Below the pieces are notes generated by a model, which had not been told where the DNA came from, made no database searches, and was given only the letters and a program-made list of their open reading frames with translations. Positions 25,897 to 33,900 of a stretch of DNA of 52,647 nt are shown piece by piece (the first letter of the stretch is position 1; each line of letters starts with the position of its first letter). This DNA is from Candidatus Woesearchaeota archaeon (GTDB lineage: Archaea; Nanobdellota; Nanobdellia; Woesearchaeales; GW2011-AR4). The DNA is taken from assembly GCA_018303505.1 (NCBI GenBank), contig JAGVYA010000044.1, positions 1-52,647 of the forward strand, given 5' to 3'. The translations under genes and the position numbers were made by a program.

Positions 25897-26014
25897 GGAG
25901 TTGAACGCGAGCAGTGAGTTGGTGAGCGAGGTAGATGCGTGTGAGTCCACGAGCACGCTCGCGGACAACTCGAACCTCGCATGTCGCCGAGCGTTCTCGC
26001 AAGCAGGTGTGAGT
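25897..26014 (+). repeat. GC-rich ~115-nt intergenic element, copy A, directly upstream of the mcm start
   Basis: It shares ordered blocks with 43948-44059: gt(t/c)gaa(c/t)gcgag, tgagcgag, tcgcatgtc and ttctcgca. GC content is far above the surroundings. It is open in frame and so artificially extends the mcm ORF. Confidence 0.6.
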
Positions 26015-27901
26015 ATGGAGCTTAATGTTATCGAGCAAATAAAGAGGTTTCAGGACTTTATTGATAGCAATTACTATAATTCTTTATTGGAGAATGCAAG
26101 AAAAGGCAACAAATTCCTGCTTATAGACTTCTCAGAGCTTTCTAAATATGATCCTGATTTGGCTACTGAGCTTATAGATTCTCCAGAAGAAACTATTAAG
26201 GCTGTTGAAAAGGCTATTGAGCAGTTTGATGTTGACGGCTTAAAAAATTTTAGAATTAGGTTTGATAATCTGCCTCAAAGCCAGCATATAATGATAAGGG
26301 ACATAAGAAGCAAGCACATTAACAGGCTGTTATTTGTTGAAGGGCTTATAAGGCAGAAATCTGATGTAAGGCCGCAAGTCACATCAGCAAGATTTGAATG
26401 TCCGGCATGCGGAAACATCATGAATGTTTTGCAGCTAGAAGGCACATTTAAAGAGCCGACAAGGTGCGGATGCGGAAGAAAAGGAAAATTTGTCATGCTG
26501 GATAAAGAGCTAGTTGATGCTCAGGGAATTGTGCTTGAAGAGGCGTCTGAAAATCTTGAGGGTGGAGAGCAGCCTAAGCGGATCAACATTCTTCTAACAG
26601 ATGATTTAGTAAGCCCATTAAGTGAAAAAAGGACTTCGCCAGGAAGCAAAGTTAAGGTTATTGGCATAGTAAAGGAAGTTCCAATAATATCAAGAAGCGG
26701 CGCAAAATCCACAAGGTTTGATTTGATGGTTGATGCTAATTACATAAAACCAGCTGAGGATACATTTTACCAAGTTGATATAAGTGAAGAAGAGGAGAAA
26801 GAGATATTGGCTATAGCTAATGATCCAAAGGGTTATGAAAAGCTTGTAAATTCTATTGCGCCCTCAATTTATGGTTACGAAAAAATCAAAGAGGCTTTAT
26901 TGCTGCAGTTAATGGGGGGTGTAAGAAAGGTTAGAAGTGATAAGATAGTGAGCAGGGGTGATATGCATATTTTGCTGGTCGGTGATCCAGGCAGTGGAAA
27001 ATCCGCTCTGCTAAAACGAATAACTCAGGTTGCTCCAAAAGGACGCTATGTAAGCGGCAAAGGTGTGTCAGCGGCAGGCATAACAGCCGCTGTTGTTCGA
27101 GATGAGTTTTTGAGAGGATGGGCTTTAGAAGCAGGGGCAATGGTGTTAAGCAGTGATGGCTTAGTTTGTGTTGACGAGCTTGACAAAATGAGTTCTGAAG
27201 ATAGATCAGCAATGCATGAGGCGCTTGAAAACCAAACCGTTAGTATCAGTAAGGCCAACATTCAGGCAACTTTAATAGCAAGAACAACAGTGTTGGCTGC
27301 AGCAAATCCAAAATTTGGGAGGTTTGATCCTTATGGAATAATAGCTGACCAGATTGATTTACCTCCAACCTTAATCAACAGGTTTGATTTGATATTTCCA
27401 ATCAAGGATATACCAGAAGAGACAAGGGATGAAAAAATGACCAAGCATATGTTAGCATTGCACCAAAGCCCAGACCTGAATGAACCAGAAATCTCAACAA
27501 ATCTTTTAAGAAAATTTGTTGCTTACGCCAGACAAAAAGTAAATCCGAAATTGACAGATGGCGCTTTAGAAGAAATAAAGGATTTCTATTTGAGAATGAG
27601 AAAAAGCGGTGGTGGGGAAGGCGGCCTAAAAGCAATACCAATATCTGCAAGACAGCTTGAGGCTTTAATAAGGCTAAGCGAGGCTTCTGCAAGGTCCAGG
27701 CTTGATGAAAGGGTCACAAGAAAGGATTCAAAAAAAGCCATAGAGCTGCTGGATTATTGCTTGATGCAAGTAGGTTTTGACAGAGAAACAGGCAAGATAG
27801 ATATAGACAGGATAGCAACCGGAATACCATCAACAGCAAGAAGCCATATATTGATTTTGAAAGATTGGGAAAACAATTCCGATAGAAGATGTCATAGCTG
27901 A
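26015..27901 (+). CDS. mcm: MCM replicative helicase (main body; the C-terminal winged helix is displaced by a frameshift)
   Basis: Zn finger CPACG...CGCG, Walker A GDPGSGKS, Walker B CVDELDKM and arginine-finger region NRFDLIF. The start is taken at MELNVIEQIKRF. The last ~12 codons before the stop look out of frame. Confidence 0.95.
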   Translation: MELNVIEQIKRFQDFIDSNYYNSLLENARKGNKFLLIDFSELSKYDPDLATELIDSPEETIKAVEKAIEQFDVDGLKNFRIRFDNLPQSQHIMIRDIRSKHINRLLFVEGLIRQKSDVRPQVTSARFECPACGNIMNVLQLEGTFKEPTRCGCGRKGKFVMLDKELVDAQGIVLEEASENLEGGEQPKRINILLTDDLVSPLSEKRTSPGSKVKVIGIVKEVPIISRSGAKSTRFDLMVDANYIKPAEDTFYQVDISEEEEKEILAIANDPKGYEKLVNSIAPSIYGYEKIKEALLLQLMGGVRKVRSDKIVSRGDMHILLVGDPGSGKSALLKRITQVAPKGRYVSGKGVSAAGITAAVVRDEFLRGWALEAGAMVLSSDGLVCVDELDKMSSEDRSAMHEALENQTVSISKANIQATLIARTTVLAAANPKFGRFDPYGIIADQIDLPPTLINRFDLIFPIKDIPEETRDEKMTKHMLALHQSPDLNEPEISTNLLRKFVAYARQKVNPKLTDGALEEIKDFYLRMRKSGGGEGGLKAIPISARQLEALIRLSEASARSRLDERVTRKDSKKAIELLDYCLMQVGFDRETGKIDIDRIATGIPSTARSHILILKDWENNSDRRCHS

Positions 27902-28010
27902 GGCGAAAAACCGCGGATTAGATGAGGATAAAGTTGAGGAGGCTATGGAAAGGCTAAAGAGGGCTGGTGATATTTTCGAACCAAGAAGGGGATTTGTAAG
28001 CAAGATATAA
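27861..28010 (+). CDS. mcm: MCM C-terminal winged-helix segment in the +1 frame
   Basis: My own translation gives KIGKTIPIEDVIAEAKNRGLDEDKVEEAMERLKRAGDIFEPRRGFVSKI-stop, a typical MCM winged-helix tail. It ends 8 nt before the next gene. Confidence 0.8.
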   Translation, partial: KIGKTIPIEDVIAEAKNRGLDEDKVEEAMERLKRAGDIFEPRRGFVSKI

Positions 28011-28017
28011 AAATAAA

Positions 28018-28647
28018 ATGCCAGAGCTAGAACAAAAAACATTCCAGAAAAGGCAGGTTGCATACAAGCTCAAGATTTCTGACATACTGAATGGGAATTT
28101 GACAAAAGAGGATTTTTCAGGAAGTATTAAATTAAATAATATTAATGTTTCAAGGGTTAATATTATTGCTGCTATGATTTATAAGTCTGAAGACTTTAAT
28201 TACTCTAGCGCTGTTATTGATGACGGGACTGGAAGAATCCAATTAAGAAGTTTTGAAAACAATGCCTATTTTTCAAAGATAGATGTTGGTGATATTGTTT
28301 TAATTATTGGGAAAATCAGGGAATTTAATAACGAAAAGTACATCGTGCCTGAGATTTTAAAAAGAATAAATAATGCTAAATGGGTTGATGTAAGAAGACT
28401 AGAATTAAAAAATAATGATTTAATTGATAATAGTATAAAAAACACAGATAAAAATTTAATTGAGAATGCAAAAATCAATGAGGAGATTTACTCATTGATT
28501 AAAAAACTTGATAATGGCGACGGCGCTTCTTTTGACGACATAATCAAGGGCTCTGGCAGCGTTGATGCAGAAAAAATATTGAACAAGCTGCTTGAAAATG
28601 GGGATATATTTGAAATAAAGCCAGGCAAGCTCAAAGTGCTAGAATAA
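28018..28647 (+). CDS. RPA2/RPA32-like OB-fold ssDNA-binding protein with C-terminal winged helix
   Basis: OB-fold signature VSRVNIIAAMIYK...AVIDDGTGRIQLRSF...VGDIVLIIGKIREFNNEKYI. C-terminal ...DDIIKGSG..AEKILNKLLENGDIFEIKPGKLKVL. It lies immediately downstream of mcm. Confidence 0.5.
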   Translation: MPELEQKTFQKRQVAYKLKISDILNGNLTKEDFSGSIKLNNINVSRVNIIAAMIYKSEDFNYSSAVIDDGTGRIQLRSFENNAYFSKIDVGDIVLIIGKIREFNNEKYIVPEILKRINNAKWVDVRRLELKNNDLIDNSIKNTDKNLIENAKINEEIYSLIKKLDNGDGASFDDIIKGSGSVDAEKILNKLLENGDIFEIKPGKLKVLE

Positions 28648-29490
28648 AACTGGCGTTACATAAACTTCGAGAAATGCTGCTGCAATAAGAAATCCAACTG
28701 CTATTAAAGTCATCTCTGAAAAGTCTTTCATTATTATATGGAATTTTTCTGATTTGAAGTGCTTTCTTATTAATGAAACTGAAAGTATGCCTCCTGCCAA
28801 ACCTCCATAGAAATAAGCTGCTATCTCCGGGATGCCATGTATGGAATATTTTAATAATCCAAGTGAAACGACATGAAAATAGTTTCCTGCTTCCAGCAAT
28901 CCAAGAGAGCTTGTATAATTGCTTATATTTGCCCTGATGAAGTTTCCAATTGCTGCTCCGATTACAGTTGCATTCCAAGCTAAGATAAAGATTGCACCTG
29001 CACCATAAATAAAAGCAAATAATATTGAGAAAGCCAAGACTTTGAAATTATTAAAGAATATCTTCCAGAAGATATTCAGGTTATAGATAACATTTCCAGT
29101 AACCTGGTTATTGATAGATTGTATTGTTCCCGTCTGCTTGTCAAAAAGGCTGTTTGTAGTTGATGTAGGAAGAACTGCATACCATACAGCACATGCTACT
29201 GTAATCCCTATAAACATGTACATAAAAAATGAGATTGCCTTGTTATGCTCCCTTAAAATCGCAGTTTCATTGTCCATTATCATATCTTTGCTTTCTTCCA
29301 ACTTGACTGTATTGTAGAATATTGGTAAAGTTGCTATGGTGATCATAAATACCATGATTAAACTTGCTTCATTTCTAAATATCCAAAGGGACAGAAGTAT
29401 GCCGATTGATGTGTATAAAAAACCAAGAAAGAACATCTCCCATGGTTTTTTTTCGGCCTTAAACGGGTTTAGCAATGCCTCAACTACCAT
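28639..29490 (-). CDS. Polytopic membrane protein, SpoIIM/DUF95-like
   Basis: About 6 TM helices. The N-terminus LLNPFKAEKKPWEMFFLGF and the overall layout resemble archaeal DUF95 proteins. Confidence 0.45.
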   Translation of the reverse strand: MVVEALLNPFKAEKKPWEMFFLGFLYTSIGILLSLWIFRNEASLIMVFMITIATLPIFYNTVKLEESKDMIMDNETAILREHNKAISFFMYMFIGITVACAVWYAVLPTSTTNSLFDKQTGTIQSINNQVTGNVIYNLNIFWKIFFNNFKVLAFSILFAFIYGAGAIFILAWNATVIGAAIGNFIRANISNYTSSLGLLEAGNYFHVVSLGLLKYSIHGIPEIAAYFYGGLAGGILSVSLIRKHFKSEKFHIIMKDFSEMTLIAVGFLIAAAFLEVYVTPVLF

Positions 29491-29557
29491 GGGATTTTAC
29501 TTATGCGGTTTATTTATATATTTTTTGAATTGTTAGTTGGATAAAATAATAATTAAA

Positions 29558-29565
29558 TTTATAAA
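29558..29565 (+). promoter_or_regulatory. TATA box for a leaderless aIF2-beta transcript
   Basis: tttataaa lies about 24-30 nt upstream of the ATGs at 29582 and 29588, and no Shine-Dalgarno site is present. Confidence 0.4.
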
Positions 29566-29581
29566 TTAAGTATGGTTCTTT

Positions 29582-29998
29582 ATGCATATGGATTACAAAA
29601 AAATGCTTCAAGATGTAAGAAAGAACCTTCCAGAAGTTGTTTTTCTTAAGGAACGGTTTGAAATACCAAAGGCGCTTGGGCATGTGCAGGGCAACAGGAC
29701 AATCATAAGCAATTTTCTTCAGATAGCTTCAACATTAAGAAGAGATGTTAACCATTTTCTTAAATATGTTTTAAAGGAGCTTGCAACGCCTGGCGAGATA
29801 AAGAAAAGCGGCGCATTGATTCTTGGCACAAAGATTTCTGCTTCAAGGATTAATGAAAAGATAAGGCAGTATGCAAATGAGTTTGTGCTTTGCTTTGAAT
29901 GCGGCAAGCCTGATACAAAAATAGAGAAAGAGGATAATCTAACTTATATCAAGTGCACTGCCTGCGGAGCAAAGAATATTGTCAAGGCGAAGATTTAG
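29582..29998 (+). CDS. eif2b: Translation initiation factor aIF2 beta subunit
   Basis: MDYKKMLQDVRKNLPE...RFEIPK...GNRTIISNF...ELATPG and a C-terminal zinc ribbon CFECGKPDT...KCTACGA. Confidence 0.9.
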   Translation: MHMDYKKMLQDVRKNLPEVVFLKERFEIPKALGHVQGNRTIISNFLQIASTLRRDVNHFLKYVLKELATPGEIKKSGALILGTKISASRINEKIRQYANEFVLCFECGKPDTKIEKEDNLTYIKCTACGAKNIVKAKI

Positions 29999-30035
29999 GA
30001 AAGTTTATATAAACTGATTAAGATAGGTAATAATC

Positions 30036-30902
30036 ATGGTTAGTACTGAAAAATATCTAACTACTTTTTTTGTTGTTATGAAGCAAAGATTTGAAGTTCT
30101 ACAACAATTAACAACAGAAAAACAAAAAATTAATGGATTAATTTTATCTGGACAACACCAACCTAAAGATATAGAACGGCTAATGGATTTAATCGGGAGA
30201 GATATTCTTTTTCGGAAAGCAGAAAAAAGAGACAAACCGACACTTAGACATTTAAATTGGAAGATTACAAAATCTCTCAAAAATTTACAAAAGTTTAATA
30301 GTTCTGTAAGAGCAAAAGATATTATCCCACAATTTATGAACGATATTTTAAGTTTTAAGAATTTTTTTGATTCTATTTTACCGAAAATAATTGATCTGCT
30401 TGAAGAGTCTGATAAGGTTTATCAGAGTGAAGTGGAAACTTTAAATAATATATTGCACAACACACAAGGTGTTCAAGATTATAAAGATATGCTAAAAAAA
30501 GAAGAAATTATTAACGAGTATTTATCAAATTATCTTTCTAAACTAAGGGCGAGGAGTATGGTTCCGGGCTTGATTATACTGCTAAAAAAATATTATAAAT
30601 TTGTTAAATACCAACGTGCATCTGGACGTATGCCTATTGAAGTGCAAGAAATATGTGGTACAACCTCTGCTCTTATTTTGTATGTGTTGGCGTCTATTGC
30701 GTTATACCTTACAATAGAATCAATTGGAAGTGGTGAGTTTTTTAAAGAATTACACCTATATAAAAAATGGTTCGGAACATATTTTACTCCAGGTGTGAAT
30801 AATATTATTTGTGGTGTTGTTTTCACAGTCACGTCAATAAGATTATACAAGTATACTGAACTATCAAAATTCATAAAGCTTTACATTGATAAAATGGTGT
30901 AA
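30036..30902 (+). CDS. Hypothetical protein with a coiled-coil-like N-terminal part and two C-terminal TM helices
   Basis: Long ORF with no recognisable motifs. TM candidates are TSALILYVLASIALYLTI and NNIICGVVFTVTSI. Confidence 0.4.
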   Translation: MVSTEKYLTTFFVVMKQRFEVLQQLTTEKQKINGLILSGQHQPKDIERLMDLIGRDILFRKAEKRDKPTLRHLNWKITKSLKNLQKFNSSVRAKDIIPQFMNDILSFKNFFDSILPKIIDLLEESDKVYQSEVETLNNILHNTQGVQDYKDMLKKEEIINEYLSNYLSKLRARSMVPGLIILLKKYYKFVKYQRASGRMPIEVQEICGTTSALILYVLASIALYLTIESIGSGEFFKELHLYKKWFGTYFTPGVNNIICGVVFTVTSIRLYKYTELSKFIKLYIDKMV

Positions 30903-30914
30903 TATAAAGATGTA

Positions 30915-33900
30915 TTAACCAAACCATCTATTCAATCCTTCCTGCTTGTCTTTTTCCTTTCCAAACAATCCTTCAACTCTGTCTTTTGTCAATTCAAGCA
31001 CCTGCCTAATGTAAGGTGGAAGGTTATATTTCTCTGATAATGATATGGCTGGCTCTAAATATTTTATTATAGTGCCTTCGGAAACGGTAAACATAAGCTT
31101 GCTGCCGCAGCTAAGGCACTTGCCTGTTAAAGGGGGTCTTCTGTATTTTTCTGTGCATTTGCTGCACCTGAATTGCTGCATTGAAAATTTTCTTAAATTA
31201 CCTCTTATGTCCCTTAATAAATGCTTTTCTATAACTAATCTTGCTACATCAGCTGCATCAACAGCTCTTATTTTGTCTGCAAGCTCCATTTGTCCCTTTA
31301 ATTTATCTTCCATTGAAGGCAGTGTTTTATAGGAAGAGCATTTGACACCTGCGTTTATGTCGCTGACAGGGTGTGTATAACCAATTTTTGTATACTGGTT
31401 TTCATTGTTTAATATATTTGCAAATCTTTCAATCTTTATATTCCATGGCAGTTCATATTGGTGAGTTGCCTCGTAAAATTCAAGAGGATAGCGCTGCACA
31501 ACATCCAAATCAAACACCATATCATCAACTTCAGTAGGAATTAATATAGATGTTAAAACTAATGGAGCGTCTTGGGTTGAGCCCCTTGAATCAGGCAGAA
31601 ATTGCCTTGAGAAATTAAGCAAAGCATCCATCAGCAATGTGACTGATGCTTCGTCGCCATCACAATTATGGACGAGGAGATCGTTAGCAAAAAAGTTATG
31701 CTCTGAAGAAACATTCAAACAATAACTTATTTTTTCTCCTATATGTTCAATTTTCACAACCTTAGGATAAGCATAATTTTCGTCAAAATTAATATAAGCT
31801 CCATGAGGTTCTTTTTGACAAAGTTCATGCAAAATTTTTTCCTTGCGTTCTGAAATGAACCCTATTTGCTTAAATTTTTTTACAAAATTTGATAAAATAA
31901 TGATTTTAGTTATTCTAAAGGAGGGAATTGACTTGTTTTTTTTAATATAGAATTCTCTAACTTTTGGTCCGGGTTTTTTTTCATATTCATAAAATTTAGT
32001 AAATATGCCAAGTCTAGATAAAACAAAACTTAAATCGTGTTTTAAACCTTCGCTAACTGTATCGCAAGTGACTCTGATATCACTTGAACTGACACTGCCG
32101 TCGCCTTCAAAATATCCCCTTAACAAAGCTGTTATTTTATTTCTCTTTAAATTTAAGAATAGACTGGGTATTCTTTTATTTTTAGCATTATCTCCTGTTC
32201 CTAAATAGTTCTTAAATAGTTCATATACTATCCTTGAAGAGAATACTACTTGATCTGAATTTTCATAAGAGGGCTTTAAATTGAAATGAATATAAAAAAC
32301 TTTCTTTACTAAATTTTTAATTTCATCATTCCCTGCGATAGAGAGTTGATAAAATCCTTTTTTGGAAACATTTTTTCTTATATAACCTTCAGCGATATAG
32401 AGACCTATAACTTCTAGCAACTCTTTACTCAAGGGTATTCTAATAGGAAGTGAAACGTTATCTCTCTTAATAGATATTCTAGCAGATGATGGTAAGTCTT
32501 GAAGAGATTTATTATATTTGGCTAAAAACTCTTTAACAAACTTTATTGGGAAACTATCCCTAATGCAATAGTTTTCATGTCTACTCAAAGTTTTAAATCC
32601 ATTAAGATAGTCTTTTATATTTCTCAGCATTATATAATCTCTATCGGAAAAAATTTCTGGTAAGAATATTTCTTTAATATCTCTTTCCTCAATATTTTTC
32701 TTATAACTTACTATTAATTGGTCACCTTCTTGAAGCTCAAAAGCTCTTTTTTCTTTCTTCCCTTTAACGTATACTTTATGACTTTCTGTTAAATCTATTT
32801 TTCTACCATCTTCCAAAAATAATCTTAATACTTTGCTTGGTTGATGCTTGGTTATTTCGACTATTTCACCTTGCCCTGGATTACTAGATGTATAAATGTT
32901 TGACATTTCTTTACCCAATGTACCGAAATTATCGACTTTCTGGTTCGGATTAAGATTTTCAATAAATGCTCCAATCTTTTCAATTTTCCAACTTCCGTTT
33001 TCTTTGACTGAAATATAATTATCGTAGCCTAAACAATCTCTCCTAGTAGCTGCATGAAACAACGGGTGCGCGTAAAATGCCTGGGTTTTGGAAAAGCCAA
33101 TTATTCTGCCAACAATGCCTGCTGAAGTATGTGGTGCTAATGCAACAACCAAATGGCCTATAAGATTTTTCTCTGATTGCAGATTATAAAATTTTTTTAG
33201 ATTATATAATGATACCAAGAGTTCATCAATAAACAGACTCACATTATAAAGAATCTTATCAGCGCCCAGCTCTGGCGCGTCTTCGCACTTTGGCAGAATA
33301 ATATCCTGCGGCTTTAACTCCAAAATTTGCTCTTGGCTTGTTAAGTCATAGCCATAAATATCCTTATCATAACCCATATCAGTCAGTTCTTCTATAGAAG
33401 TTCCAATTTCTTTTGGTTTGAAATGTGTGATAGGCAGCTGCGTCATATCGTATCTTGTAGTCCCGTCTCTATTGACATAGATGTCATATTTTGCCCTTAG
33501 AATTCCTTTTGCAAAATGCTCTGGTATATGATTTTTACTTGATGTTCCCCTAACACCTTTTATTAAGTCTGGATATTGCTGCATATTTAGTTTTTTCAAT
33601 ATATTTTTGAAATAATAGTTGATATCAATTTTCTGTGTTTTGTATTGGGGAAGTTTGTCATGCGTGCATACTGCGCTATCGACTAAGCCGCATTTGCCGC
33701 AATACCCTGATTTTTTTGTTTTTGCATCGCATTGTTCGCATACGCTGAGGATAGTTTCTTTTTTGCAGTTATCACAGAAATAGGTTGGAAATTCTGCTTC
33801 AACATTTCCAATTTCGAGCGCACTTTGAAATGACCTTAGTTTACCTCCCTCCTTTCCAATAGGAAATAAGGTATTTGGGTTGCCATCAAGTTTTCTTACC

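Noticed and set aside
25901-26014. A 38-codon N-terminal extension of MCM (MNASSELVSEVDACESTS...).
   Set aside because: It starts at TTG and lies entirely within the GC-rich repeat element. It has no counterpart in MCM proteins. The conserved MCM N-terminus begins at the ATG at 26015.
27830-28063. A minus-strand 77-aa ORF across the mcm 3' end.
   Set aside because: The plus strand here encodes the recognisable MCM winged-helix tail and the start of the OB-fold gene.
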